A DNA stretch of 64,000 bases from contig CM052832.1 of assembly GCA_028534125.1 (NCBI GenBank), positions 19,098,001-19,162,000 of the forward strand, in the 5' to 3' direction. How positions within the stretch are numbered: the first letter of the stretch is position 1; every line of letters starts with the position of its first letter. Positions 27,140 to 41,045 of the stretch are shown piece by piece. Below the pieces are notes generated by a model that saw nothing but the letters and a program-made list of their open reading frames with translations, was not told the DNA's origin and searched no databases. Made by a program: the position numbers and the translations under genes. This DNA is from Lama glama. Lineage: Eukaryota.

Positions 27140-27904
27140 AGCCCAGTGTGCGGACCCCCTCGGATGGATCACCGCCAGTTACACGGCCAAAAGGCGGCTG
27201 CTCCGGCTCATTGAGACAGCCAGGCATGCCTAGGCTGATGCCCTCCCACAACCTGCGGCACACGAACCTCCCCGAGACCTGGCCAGTTCGTTCTCGGGAT
27301 ACCTAGACCCAGAGATCAAGCAAGGAGGCGCATGATCCGGCGCAGCGCGCCCGGGCCCTCCAACCACGGCGCGCGTCTCGGGACGGCCCCCGCCAGCCAA
27401 TAGGGAGCGCGGACGGGACGGCGCGCCAAAACCGACCCAACCAATGGGGCAGCTCCGAGCCTCACCGCGCTCCCCGGCCCCGGCTCCCGCGGCCGTTCAA
27501 CAGCCCTTTCACCCAGACTGCGGCCCGGCAGCTGTCAGGGGTGCGCGACTTCCGGCCGGCAGGAGTCAGAGCGGCTCGTTTAGCAGCCCCTGCGGACGCC
27601 CTGTCTGGCCGCCTCTCTCACACTTACTGGATGGAAGCGCGCAATCCTCGTAGCGAACGCAGCTAGTTGTGGCAGTGGCGGCTCGCAAGGGATCCACAGC
27701 CGACAGGCGCCGGTCCCCACAGCCGCTGGAGTGCTGGCGCGCGCTGTTGTAAGAGATTAGAACCCCGCCCGCCGGCCCTAGACGGCCACGTCAGGGCCTG
27801 ACGCGAGTCGAGGGGCGGGGCCAGCCGAATCAGGCGAATCGCCTCTCGCCTCCGGCCGCTTCGGCGCCGCTCCGTCCTGCGCCTGCGCGGTGGGCGTAGC
27901 GTGC
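27140..27904 (-). promoter_or_regulatory. GMNN: GMNN CpG-island promoter with non-coding exon 1 (donor cca|gtaagt, exon ends at 27628) and intragenic E2F/CCAAT sites
   Basis: High CpG density; E2F site TTTGGCGC (minus) at 27423-27430; CCAAT at 27397 and 27441; GC box ggggcgggg near 27812; consensus donor. Confidence 0.8.
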
Positions 27905-28404
27905 NNNNNNNNNNNNNNNNNNNNNNNNNNNNNNNNNNNNNNNNNNNNNNNNNNNNNNNNNNNNNNNNNNNNNNNNNNNNNNNNNNNNNNNNNNNNNNNN
28001 NNNNNNNNNNNNNNNNNNNNNNNNNNNNNNNNNNNNNNNNNNNNNNNNNNNNNNNNNNNNNNNNNNNNNNNNNNNNNNNNNNNNNNNNNNNNNNNNNNNN
28101 NNNNNNNNNNNNNNNNNNNNNNNNNNNNNNNNNNNNNNNNNNNNNNNNNNNNNNNNNNNNNNNNNNNNNNNNNNNNNNNNNNNNNNNNNNNNNNNNNNNN
28201 NNNNNNNNNNNNNNNNNNNNNNNNNNNNNNNNNNNNNNNNNNNNNNNNNNNNNNNNNNNNNNNNNNNNNNNNNNNNNNNNNNNNNNNNNNNNNNNNNNNN
28301 NNNNNNNNNNNNNNNNNNNNNNNNNNNNNNNNNNNNNNNNNNNNNNNNNNNNNNNNNNNNNNNNNNNNNNNNNNNNNNNNNNNNNNNNNNNNNNNNNNNN
28401 NNNN
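27905..28404. other. Assembly gap (500 N)
   Basis: Run of N; a round size suggests a placeholder. Confidence 0.99.
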
Positions 28405-28436
28405 ACCCTGCGACCCTGCGACCCTGCGACCCTGCG
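28405..28436. repeat. Tandem 8-mer (ACCCTGCG)x4 at gap edge
   Basis: accctgcg repeated four times directly after the Ns. Confidence 0.9.
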
Positions 28437-29239
28437 TACCCACCTCCTCCCACACCCCCCCACCAGATTTCTTGTTGACAGAATTCAAAATGTCCAAAGC
28501 ATAGTCGTATGATTCTTTGGAGAAATTGTAACATAAAATCTAAATTCTAAATAAAGTGAACAATCCATTGATTGGAAAGCTATCAGTGAGAGACTGAGTT
28601 TCCAGAGTAAGGATTTTGATGACCAGTAGTAAATATAAGCGTTGTGTCCTTTGACTTTGAAATACCAGCCAGTCAAAATAGTAAATCTGACTTCTAATTT
28701 CTTCATTCAACCACATGATAAAAAGGCATCCCAGGTGAAAAGAGCCCAAATGGTAAGTATATGTTTGAAAATATATAAGGTTATATTTGGATAGTCTGTG
28801 CTAGGTATAGTATAAAGCAAAGTACATACAGTTACTTCTGTCCGGAACTAAAAAGCTAGCAAGGAAAAATGTCTTCCATATGAAGATGATAAGCAAACCA
28901 GAGGGGTAGAATCTAGAGGTTACCATAGTTCAAAATCAACAAGAGGCAATAAGAGAATTGATTTTCTAGACTTAACATGAAGCCCACCTACTCAAATGTT
29001 ATCTGTCGTTGCTAAAAATATTGTTAGTTTTGGAATGGTGTGGAAAACTTTTACTTTATACATTTTAATGTTGTTTGACTTTTTTTAAGTTCAACATACG
29101 AAAGGAGATGATGCGTTCTTTAGGAAAAGTTTTGAAGCTCCCAGAGTCTGAAACAACCATTTCATTAGCTGAGGTTAGATCCCTTCTGCTTTGCCTGCTA
29201 AATGATCAACTAGCTGATGTGACAAATGAATTCAGATCT

Positions 29240-29570
29240 CTCCCTGGGCTATTCAGTTGGGTGGCCACTGGCCCCATGATGGCTATTGAAGGACTTGAAA
29301 TATGGGTCGCCTTCATTGCAGCGTGCTGTAATCTGAAATACCGGGTCTCAAAGATTTAGTACGAAAAAAAGAGGGTATAATACTTTCATGTTGTTTTGTA
29401 TTGATTACATGTCGAAATGATACTCTGGATATATCAGGTTAAATACAAATATGGTTAAATTAATTTTCAGTTTTTACTTTTTTAATATGGCTACCAGAAA
29501 AAGAATTTTAATTATAGATGTGACTTACAGTTGTCTCATGTTTAATTTCCATGGGACACAGCAGCTCTAA
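29240..29570. mobile_element. MER33/MER3-like DNA transposon
   Basis: ggtggccactggcccc...ggctattga...cttgaaatatgg; tttactttttta atatggctaccagaaaa. Confidence 0.55.
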
Positions 29571-30094
29571 ACTATCATAGTATACATTATCCCACTGAAT
29601 CCTCTCAGAAGTACTGTGAGGTAAATGTTTTCTACTTCCTTTTTTTTTTTTTTTTTTTTTAACAAGACTGAGAAGCTAAATCGCAAGCCCAAATCTCACA
29701 CAACAAGGCAGTGGTAGATTGAGACTTCAGATCTTCTGACTCAAAGTCCTTGTATGGAAAGAGAAAGGTCCTAAAACTATTCCTCTCTCAAGATGCAGAG
29801 AATCTGCAAGTCCCCAAAGTACAGAGGAATGTCTTCAAAACATACTTTCACATCGCTTTCGAAGAACAATTTATAAGAAAACAATTTTGCAGGGATCTGG
29901 AAAAAAGTTATAAGTAGTTAATCATTTAATCAAAAATTTTCTGTGGGTATCCAAATATACTGTCTTATCTGCAGTAAAGAAACCATGTGTATTGATAGGG
30001 TTAAGTTTACGTAGAAATATTGGCTCATATACAATCCTTTATTGCAATCTTCCACTACACAACTTTTGAAAAATTATGGGTGGTTTTGTATGAT

Positions 30095-30260
30095 CTTTTT
30101 TTTCTTAACATTTTTTATTAATTTATAATCATTTTACAATGTTGTGTCAAATTCCAGTGTAGAGCACAATTTTTCAATTATACATGAACATATATATATT
30201 CATTGTCACATTCCTTTCTCTGTGAGCTACCATAAGATCTTGTATATATTTCCCTGTGTA
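30095..30260 (-). mobile_element. Short 5'-truncated lineage-specific LINE-1 3' end
   Basis: Poly-T, then ttttacaatgttgtgtcaaattccagtgtagagc; imperfect TSD tgtatgatcttt / tgtataatcttt. Confidence 0.7.
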
Positions 30261-31352
30261 TAATCTTTCTATTAGCCACTTGTAGCTAAGCACAGACTCC
30301 CATCACTGGGCATTATAGGGCTGGGTCTTCTTATCCTGCCCAATAGCATTTATAATCAGTTTGTGAAAAGAGAAAGGAGGAAAGAAACACCATAATATAT
30401 GATAATAGAAAAAGAAAACTAAATCATTTAGTGTGGTATAAAAAATAATGATAAATTAAAATGTAAATAAAGAGCAATATGACTAATTCAGATGACATGT
30501 ACCTTTTTAAAATTTGTTGTCATTTATTAAGGCCAAACTAAATTCCCAAGGTTTTCAGCCAGAGTGCAGAAATTGCCTGATTATTACATGATAATCTCTA
30601 TTCTTCTGAAAACTTTCTGGGGGAACAAATAATAATCTGTTATATTCTGATCCAAAAGCTCATTAAAGATCATTTGCAGAGCATTCATTTTACCCAATTC
30701 CCCAGGTCTGAATTGTATTCAAATAGTTTAACTTAGGTTTTGGGTTACCTGTGGTAGGTACAAGGTTTAAAAAAAAATGAGTAGGAAAAAATGTTTAAAT
30801 TCATTCAATATATAAAAATTAAGGTTTTTGTTTTTAAGATAACATTTTAGTAAGAGATAATATAAGACACATAGTAATATTAAAGATGGCTAATCAACTT
30901 GACAGTAAACAGGTGATTTCAAAGTACTGAGGAAATGAAAACTAAAACACAATGCAGCCCATTCTCTTCTCATTGTATATTTTATCCTCACTTTGAAAGG
31001 GTAGTTTCATTTTCCCGTGTCAGAACAGTGAGTATTGATACTGAGAAGTTCCTTATTTAGAGAAGACGTATTTTGGTATGCTAGTTGTCATTTGTTTAAA
31101 GAAATTGCTGAATTTTCATGCGGGCCTGTCAGTGTTCTTTTTCCAAAACAAGTACATTCCAGGCATAAATTTCTCCTTAATCTCTTTTTTGTTTGACATT
31201 TATTTATATTTTATTCCTTAAACCCAGACCATTTCTGAAAGGATTTGGACATGGAAAATTTTTTCCCAAAATTCATAGTGATAATTTTACAAGTTAGTTG
31301 TTGAGTAAATTTATATGATGAAAATGGATTGCTGGTTACATGAGAATGAATG

Positions 31353-31720
31353 GGTATTTTAGGGTTCTCCAGAGAAACAGAATCAATAGAGTATATTCTA
31401 TATTTATAAAATAAGGAATTGACTACATGATTATGTAAGCTGGCAAGTCAAAAATCTGCAGAGCCAGTGTCCCATTTTGAGTCCAAAGACCTGAAGCTGT
31501 TGTGGAGCCAGGAAGCAGCTCAAAGGTCGCCAGGAAGGAGAGTGCTCTCTTGAAGGGGGAAGAAGGTTGGTAGCAATGTCTTCATTGACTTGGGTGAAGC
31601 CCACCCACATGATGGAGGGCAGTCTGCTTTGTTCAGTTTACTGATTTAAATGTTAATATCATCCCAAAACACCCTCAGAGAAACACGCAGAATAATGTTT
31701 GTCCAAATATCTGGGGATGT
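31353..31720. mobile_element. MLT2-like (ERVL) LTR
   Basis: agggttctccagagaaacagaatcaatag...ctgatttaaatgttaat...cagaataatgtttg. Confidence 0.7.
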
Positions 31721-32848
31721 CATGGAGTTTTGATAGATGAGACTCAAATTTAAACTTCTGACATTATGTAGCACCGGTCTCAGGAAGGTCTGTCCTGTAT
31801 ACTATTATACTTACGAACATTCAAAATGTGTTCCAGTAATACATGTGTCAAATAACAAAGGAGACATTGGATTTTATTCACAGGCATTAGGAAAAGGGGG
31901 GATGATAATGAAATATGAATGGAAATAATAGTGTATGTTTGAAAAACAATCAAAATCTTGAGGTAGAGAAAAGGCTTAAGACTGGCTGAAAGCTCAGACT
32001 TGTGTTCAAAAAGGGGAAGGAGACCTTCTGGGTAGATGGCTTCCCATTACAGGGGGAAGCTGAGTCAAGTAAGCTACAGTACATTTCCCCTCTCAGTAGC
32101 TCTGGGGAATAGGTTTCCATCAGCCAGTGAGAAACAATTCTGTTCTGCTTTTAAGGAAAAATTGTACCAGTTAGTAAGGTTTCAGTTCAGTAAAGTATCT
32201 CAGACAGCAAACAACAGACATTAACTGGTTAACTTCAGGGGGAAAATGGCAAGTTTGTGGAATGGGAGGGAAGGAAACCATGAGGACAACTCTGGGGACA
32301 TCAACAGCGAAGAGTCCTTAGAGTGGGTCTCCAGAATCTTCCCCTTAGTGCAGTGCAGCTGTGGTCCACATTTGAAATCTGGGAATGAGAATCTGATTGA
32401 CTGTGCTTGGGTCAGATGGTCCAATAAGCTGTGGCTAAGATGTGTTTGTAGGGGGAGGTGGTATGGTGCATTGTCCCACAGACATGCCATTTCCCCCCAC
32501 CCCAGGTATAAGGGCTGTTCCTGGAGAAGAGTGGATGGCTGCTACCCTAAGAGGTCTCCTTCAGGCATTAAAAAATAGAACAAGATCCCTAAAGATCATC
32601 GCATTTGGAGGGTGGAGATAAAATGACTGAAAAAATAATTAGGATGGACCTTTGCATTTGAGCCAGAAAGAGACTCTTTAGTTATTGAACTCCAAATCTG
32701 TCAGTTACTTCTATTCTGCAGAGTAGACAAAAACAGCGACGTTTCTCAGAAAAATGAAACTTAGTAACCAGCACAGACAGTGAGTCTTGAATATTGAAAG
32801 TGGAAAATGCAAAGATGTAATCCAAGCAATCAAAAATAGTTGAGGCCA

Positions 32849-33042
32849 TAAACAACAGGATCCTACTATATAGCATAGGGAACTAGATTCAGTAACTTGT
32901 AATAATCTATAATGAAAAACAATGTATGTATATATATGAAAAAGAATGGGTGTGTGTGTATATATAAAAATAAAAAACTGAATCACTGTACTGTACACCG
33001 GAAACTAGCACAACATTGTAAATCAATTAAACTTAAAAAAAG
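32849..33042 (+). mobile_element. LINE-1 3' end with TSD
   Basis: aaacaacaggatcctactatatagcatagggaac...acaacattgtaaatcaa + poly-A; agttgaggcca duplicated on both sides. Confidence 0.85.
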
Positions 33043-35221
33043 AAAAGTTGAGGCCAAGAAAACTTTTTGAGGGTCAAGGGTATGCTCTATATCTTGATTG
33101 TGGTGGTGGTTACAAGACTCTATATAAGCACTGAAACTCATTCAACTGTATACTTAGCCTAGATGAATTTTATGATGTGTAAATCATATCATAATGACTC
33201 AAGAAAATGAAACAGGCAAGTCCCTGGGAGAGACTGCCTGGACGCTAAGGGGGAATGTAGATAGAACACCCTCACTTGGGGAAGGGCAGAGCCTGCCACC
33301 CAGTGACTGTGCTTCAGCAAATATCAAATCAGAAAGGAAACGGAGCTTGGGCCAAGGAAAAACTTCAAGTGGCCTGAGAAAAGTCAACAAAGTTAGCATC
33401 AGAAAGCCCAAATCAAGGACAGGCATCCTGAAAGCCAAATAATTTTTAATCCTATCTGAATATTTTTATCTTTAGTGAAACATTTCACATATGCCATTTC
33501 ACATCAGCACAAAAAACCTGCGAAGGGAACAAAATTATGTTTTCTGTATACCATAGACAAACTGAGCAGCAGGGCTGGTGTCAGGGTGTGTGCCAGGTAT
33601 CGACTGATTTCTTCTCGGCCCCAAATTCACTGTCAAATTCCAGAGGGAAGATTTTCCTACAAGTTCTACCAGCATAGCACCACAGCGACTCCTGCCACTG
33701 TCCTCTCCATCCCCTCCAATGGGGTCTGGATCTCGGAAAGGAAGAAATTCCTCAGATGCTCTATCTCAGAACCCACGGTAGCAGAGAGAACTCTCGAGAG
33801 TGCGGTACAAGAAGCAGCCACTGTTTCTCCAGCCGAAACACAGCATCCAAGGCAGACCTCATACCCCTAGCTGAGATCTAGACCTTGTTAGAGAGGGCAG
33901 GCCAGTGACAGGGAGGTGTCAGTCCTGTTGCACCTAGGGAACTTGCTGGAAATCTCCCCTCTGGAATTTGCCTGAAATCCACCCTCTAGGATACCAGAGG
34001 AAGCTAATCCCAGGAAGGTGTCACCCTAGAGAGGCGTTCTTCTGCAATACTGCCCGAGGCAGGAAGAGGTGGGGAGTGGTGCCTGAGAAGCTGCTGACTG
34101 CTGGATGCTGATGGCCTCTGCAGACTTCCGTCACAAGCACTATTGGAAAACACTGACTCCATCACCAACAAGAAAACTCAGAAATGTAGCTTACTCAGCA
34201 AAGTCTCCTTCTACTTATTAACGTACAGGACAGCAGTTGTTCTAACTGGTTGCCACTCTAGTGACTTTGGGGTATGCTGATCCCGCCACACCTGTGCATT
34301 TACATAGAAAGACACTTAGTCTCATTTAGAACTTGCTTCTGACTGAATCCTTGCCTCTAAGGAGTAGGATGAACCCTTGTTTTCAATCAGATTGTCCTTT
34401 CTATCTCTCTAGGGTAGAGATTATTATTTTATCCCCAAGAGACAAGATACAGCTTGTTCAGAGGCTGTCAGGAAATTGAAAGTCATTCGCCTTAGTCTCA
34501 GGTTATCTCATGTAGGCACTGGGCTGTAAGTAGGGAAATTACAGGAGACTCTTGGAGGCTTGGGTGAGTGCCCATAAGGGCCATCATTCCAGGTGAAGCT
34601 GCCATCTGAGAAAACTGCTGAGAGTATGAGCTCTAAAGACTCTGCTCTTAAATCTTCTAGTAGGAGAATGTCAAGAGTTCAGAATTTATTTTCCAGATCA
34701 CCAAGGTTATATTTAGAAACAAAGATTCACTAGCTTTTCCCTGGAAATTTCTTTAAAGATAAATGCACCACCAATGAAATATTTTCCCCCCTAAACTGAA
34801 TGTGAATTTGGAAATCTACTGCCAGTTTAAGGAAATACTGGGGACAGAGAAATGTGATAAACACTATGGGGATGCATCAGCAAAATCCAAAATATAGAAA
34901 GTTCTACAGGACAAATAGAGGTTTTTTTTCTGACAACTAAGTGTCAAGATGAAAATTAAAAAGGCAGCAGGAAGGTTTTGTGGAGTACAAAGAGACATAA
35001 TAACAAATGCAAGATATGGATCTTGTGTGAACTAACCAAATGAAAAACAAGAGATAGTAAGGGAACTCTGAGTGCTGACTGGATATTTTATGATGTTAAG
35101 ATATTAGGTGTAGTAATGGTATTGTGGGTTTTACTGTAATGGCTTTATCTGTAAGTAGTATTTACGAATCTCACATTTGCTTTGAAATAATCATTGTGAG
35201 AAGGAAGGGTAAAGGTCTAAG

Positions 35222-35440
35222 TCAGGTTTTTCCAGCATGGGCATCATGGACATTTTGAGCTGGATAACTCTTTGTTGTGGGGGGCGGCCCTGAGCTTTGT
35301 ATGCTCTTTGGCAGTGTACAGTGGTCTCTACCCACTAGCTGCCAGGAGCACTCCCTAGCTGTGATGATCAAAAATGTCAACAGACATTGACAGATATCCC
35401 CCATGGAGCAGAATCACCCCCACCCAATTGAGAGTCACTG
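35222..35440. mobile_element. MER20 DNA transposon
   Basis: ggacattttgagctggataactctttgttgtggggg...aaaatgtc...ttgagagtcactg. Confidence 0.75.
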
Positions 35441-35974
35441 GTATAAAAAGTAGGATTGGCCTTGTGCTGATAACTGTTGAAGTTGCTGTATCTGAGTATA
35501 TGAGGATTTGTTATTTTATTTTCTCTACTTTTATACACGTTGGAAACTTTTAGTAATATATACATATATTTTTAACATTAACTTAAAATGAGGGGTGAGG
35601 TGGTAGAAATACTGCAAAGTGGCCATAAAAACCTTGGCAACCACAAGTATTTGTACCAATTAAATTTTTCTAACAAACCATTTGTTGGATATAGTATAAA
35701 CACAGCTAAGAGATGTGAGATAGTGAAACATATCACCAGTAGAGGTTTTGGAATTTGTGACTCAAATAATGTTAAAAACGCTACAGTCAGTGATCTTTAG
35801 GAGATGATTTTGGTGCAGAATTTAATTTAAAGGATTGAGGATGGCATAGATGGTGGCCTGTGGGCTGCATGTGGACCTTTAGATGTGTTTTGTTTAGCCT
35901 ACAGAGTGGTGGCCTAAAAATTGTCTTAAAAAATTGAATTTATTGTCAAATTTTTAAAATCAAGTGATTTCCTT

Positions 35975-37700
35975 AAGTAGAGACAAAAGACAAATTACCA
36001 GCTGAGAGAGAATATATGCAATGTATTTCACAGATAAAGGGCTAATTTTTCTAACTATAAAGAGTTCTAAAACACTGAGAGAGAAAAAAGCCACCAACTC
36101 AGTAGAAAAATGGACGAAAGACAAGAATAAGCAATTCCCAGAAAAAAAATATACGAATGGTCCTTGAATATATGGAACAACACTCAACTTTACTCATAAT
36201 AAGAGATATGCAAATTAAAACACTGAGAAACCGTTTCTCACCTATCAGATCAGCAAATATTCAGAAGGTTAACATTCTTATAGTAGACAAAACTCTAAAA
36301 TGCCTCCTGTGGTGTTTGACCTCTGGAGTTATACCCTTGAGTAGGTTGTGTTAGATAGCAAAGGCAGTTGGATTGTATGAATGTATGTAAGGTCCCAAAC
36401 CAGTTGGCTTTTAATTAGTCAAATGAGGAATGACTTAGCCCTGACTTAACCAGTAGGATGCCCTTCAGCAGAGGCCTCAGACCTTATTTTGAGGGTGTAG
36501 ACGTTCTCCTACTGGACCTAAAGAAGCAAGCTGCTGTGAGTTTTACAGCCCCAAAGAAATGAATTCTGCCAACCACCTGAATGAACTTGGAGCCAGATTC
36601 TTCTCCATTTGAGCCCTCAGATGAGAACAAAGTCTGGCCAGCACCTCCTTTAGTGCTGCATAAGACCCTGTTAAGCTGTGCTCAGATTCCTAACCAACAA
36701 AAACTATGAGATAATACATTTAACGTTTTAAGCCAGTGTGGCAACTTTTGCTACACAGCAAAAGAAAACTAGTAAAACACTCTATAGTTGAGGCTAGGTG
36801 AAAACAAGCATTCTCATACGTGGCTAATGGGCTTAAAGAAGTTAAAAGCCCTTTGGAATTTGGCAGTATGTGACAATGCATTTCTACAGTGTATGCCCAT
36901 TGACTTTTGACCTAGCAATTCCACTTCTGGAAATTTACTCTGAAAATACATCACCATAAGCTTACAAAAACATGTGTTCATGGCTTTTTACTATAGCATT
37001 ATTTGTAATACCTAAATATTAGAAACAACCTAACTACACATCCATAGGAAATGGGTTGAATAAATTATGGTTTCTCTACATCATGTAGTACTGTGAAACC
37101 ATAATAAAAATATTAGGAAGATCTCTGAGATGGAAAATTCCTAGGATATATCATTAAATGAAAAGAGTAGCGTGAGAAAGTATATATAGCATTCTAGTTT
37201 TTAAAGAAAGAATAATGTATGTGTGTGTGTATCTGCTTATTAGAAACAGGCTAAATCAGAAATTAATGAAAATGGAAAATAGAGTGGAGGACAGGATGAG
37301 AATGAGCCTTTTGAGCATATATTTCAAAACTTTTTGAACTCTGTAAATGTTTTACAAAAGCAAAAAATTTTAAATCAAAAATTCTATTAATGATATGGAT
37401 GTTGAAATATTTAGTGACAAATGTACCAGTATCTGCAGTCTAGTTTGAAGTGTTTAAAAATATAAAGTGAATGGATACAGGGATATTTAGATGAATGTGA
37501 AAAAATGAATATACTAAAATGTTCATGGTAGAATTTAGGCAGTAGGTATACAGGTGTTCACTGTAATATTTTTTCAGCTTCACTATATATTTGAAAATTT
37601 TATAATAAAATGTTGGAAAGAATTAAATGAAAATGGATGAACAAAAGCAAACCCTAAACTAATCCTAACTGTGCATCAAATTGATCATCTAACCATATAG
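35975..37700 (+). mobile_element. Old LINE-1 3' region interrupted by an MLT-type LTR (about 36308-36772)
   Basis: cagataaagggctaat...gatatgcaaattaaaac; gacctagcaattccacttctggaaattta; MLT motif gaaatgaattctgccaaccacctgaatgaacttgga. Confidence 0.65.
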
Positions 37701-37991
37701 AGAAAAGGATTAATTCAAGTATATTTTGAACACAGTGCTCTATATTCTTTTAGTGAGATGTATTCAAAGGACAAAAAAATTCAAAGAAATCTTGAACTTT
37801 TCTTATTAGGAATCTTCATTGACTTATGATAAGCAGTCAGTCAGATCTCCTGAGTCACAGTAAATACCAGGACAGAAGAATTCTTCCTGAAATAGCCTAT
37901 TTAGATTCAGTTTCAGAGTATTAATAACCTCATTCACAATAATTTACCAAACAGTATTCATGGCATATAGTTACAGGAAGAATTTTTTACT

Positions 37992-38009
37992 GCCCACTAG
38001 GTGGCAATG
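37992..38009 (+). promoter_or_regulatory. Candidate CTCF site
   Basis: CCACTAGGTGGCA (37994-38006) matches the core consensus CCASYAGRKGGCR. Confidence 0.5.
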
Positions 38010-39679
38010 CTATCTAATCTAATTTAAAAGCAGAACTTGAATTTGAAAGACTCATTCATCTAACAATCTATACACTACATTGATATTCTCATCCATTGAG
38101 CAGACTAGATTTTCATTAATATCTATGCAAAGTAATATTCTTCAGAATTTTTATAACAAAGAAAAATAGATCCTATTTCCCCACACAAGGGCTATATTAA
38201 ATCAAATACAGAATCACTGGGTTGGTAGGGACTTCCAGAGGTCTGCTCGTCCCTTTACCTATCTTCAAACAGAATAACCCTCCTAGTCTATTATCTTTTC
38301 TCTGCCTGGGAAATACGACATTTCTCAAAGTTCTGTTCCAACATTTAGCATAAACTCAGGTGGTTCATTCATTTATTCATTCATCCTTCATAAGGCAAAC
38401 AATTTCTGAGCAATTACCATACGCCAGGTATTTTGCTAGTTATTGGGCATATGATGGTGCCCACAGGCACAGTCTGCTGCCCTTGATGTGACTATTATCA
38501 ATTGCCCTGGCAATTGGACTTTCTGGCAAAATGGAAGAGTTGATGAGGCTCCTAGTAGCATGGCTTGCTCTGCTCTTCTCAGCTCAAGTGGAGGAAAGAT
38601 CTTACAACTATAAGAAATGGAGCCCCAAAGGGTAGGAAGAGACAAGTAGATAATTACAAGGCAATGTGAGAAGTGCAAGGGAGCAAGCAGAGGGTGAGAG
38701 GGTGCTATGAAGCCCACAGGAGGGGGAAAGAGCCTAGTCAGTCCTAAGAGTAGTCAGGACAAGGTTCCCAGTTGAAGTGGCATCCTAAACTAAACTGACA
38801 CCTGAAGGATAAGTAGACTCCAGACAGGCAGGGGGCCGATGGAATGGCAGAGAGAGGAAAGGCTATGCGGGTTTCACAAGTTGGAAGGGGAGGAAAAGCA
38901 TCTCATTAGAATCTGTATCCCCAGTCCCCAACACAATGTCTAGCACACAACAGACTTAAGTTAAACACGACCCTCACTCTGACGCTATCACACAGTGTTA
39001 CTTTGACAGATGACTCCACTTCTTTGAGCCAAGGTGTCCTCTGAAGGTGAATAAGATCACTTAAGGAGATTGTGGAGAGGGAGATAAGAGGGCTCAAGAC
39101 CTAAGCCTGAGGACCTCAGACACTTGAAAGATAGACAGAGAAAAGAGTTACCAAAGAAGGCTGGGAAATAACAATCCAAGAGGCAAGAGAAACCAGGCAA
39201 GCGTGGTATCTTGGAGGCGAACATTTTAAGAACTTAGCATTGATCAACTGTCAAAAGTCAGGTAATTTAAGAAATAGTCAGAAGTGATTGTTAATGTCTC
39301 AATAAGAAGTTGCTGTTAGAGTTGGTAGGGGAAGATTCGGTGGCATGGTGGGCACAGTGGTCACAATGCAGTGGGTTGGGAATAGAGTAGCAGGTGAACC
39401 TGAGGAGCCAGCAAGTACAGAAGACGCTAAAGAAATCTGTCAGTGAAGGGAAGATCCAAATAGGAAAATGATTGAGCATGTTTAAGTGCTGCTGGAAAGG
39501 AGACTGGGAAAGGTCGCAGATAGTGAGGGAGCGGCAGATAAAGCTGTGGAACAAGTGTGGCATCTGGGAAGGTGAATGTGCTCCTTCAAGTGTGAATTCA
39601 AGTGTCAGTGTGTGAAAGAGGGTCGCCCAGAGGTGTCCTGTGAGTATTAGACACCCAGAGTGGACTTTCTATTTTTGTA

Positions 39680-41045
39680 AGACTACTTTTTTAAAGAATA
39701 GCCTTAGATTCCCAACAAAATTGCCCTAAAGATACAGATTTCCTATATAATCCCTGCCCCTACACATGTATAGCCTCCTCCATTATCAACACCCACCACC
39801 AGAGTGGTACATTTGTTAACAATTCATGTGCCTACACTGACTCATCTATATCACCTAACGTCAATTGTCCCTTAGGGTTCACTCTTGGTTCTGTACTTCC
39901 TATGGGTTTGGACAAATGTACAATGACATGTATACATCATTATATCAGAGAGAGTATTTTTCACTGCCCTAAAAGTCTCTTGTGCTCCATCCACCTATTC
40001 AGCCTTCTCTACCTCACAACCCCTGGCAACCACTGACCCTTTTACACTCTCTGTTGTTTTGCCTTTTCCAGGTGTCGTATAGTTGAACTTATCCAATATG
40101 TAGCCTTTTCAAATTGGCTTCCTTCAAGTAGTAATATGCATTTAAGTTTCTTCCATGTCTTCTGGCTAGATAGCTCATTTCTTTTCAGTGCTGAATATTT
40201 CTCTGTTGAGATATACCACAATTTATTTATAGTAGATTTTTTTGGAAGTATAGTTGGTTTACAATGTTGTGTTACTTTCAGAGGTACAGTAAAATTATGT
40301 ATATGTGTGTGTGTATATATATACACTTTCAGATTACTTTCCATTATAGGTTATTATAAGATATTGAATACAGTTTGCTATGCTATACAGTAGATCCTTG
40401 TTGTTTATCTATTTTATATACAGTAGTGTGTATCTGTTAATCCCAAACTCCTAATTTATCCCTCCCTCCTTCTCCCTTTCCCCTTTGGTAAGCATAAGTT
40501 TGTTTTCTGTGTGAGTTTCTGTTTTGTAAATACATTCATTTGTCTCTTTTTTTTAGATTACACTTGTGATACCATGTGATATTTGTCGTTCTCTGTCTGA
40601 CTTAGTATGATAATCTCTAGGTCCATCCATGTTGCTGCAAAAGGCATTCTTTCTTTCTTTTTTATGGCTAATATTCCATTGTATATAAACCACATCTTTA
40701 TCCATTCATCTGTTGATGGACATTTAGGTTGCTTCCATGTCTTGGCTACTGCAAATAGTGCTGCTGTGAATATTGGGGGTGCTTGCATCTTTTTGAATTA
40801 GAGTTTTCATCTTTTTTTGCCCAGGAGTGGGATTGCTGGATCATATCGTAACTCTAATTTTAGTTTCTTAAGGAACCTCCATACTGTTCTCCATAGTGGC
40901 TATACCAAATTACATCCCCCCTAATAGTGTAGGAGGGTTCCCTTTTCTTCACATCCTCTCCAGCATTTATTATTTGTAGATTTTTTGATTATGGTCATTC
41001 TGACCAGTGTGAGATGTTACCTCATTGTAGTTTTGATTTTCATTT
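39680..41045 (-). mobile_element. LINE-1 3' regions: older L1M (about 39680-40235) followed by younger L1 (about 40236-41045)
   Basis: cagagtggtacatttgttaac..., ccctggcaaccactga; then tacaatgttgtgtta...aggaacctccatactgttctccatagtggc. Confidence 0.8.

Noticed and set aside
27663..28534. Long ORFs of 200-266 aa
   Set aside because: Artefacts of translating through the 500-N gap.
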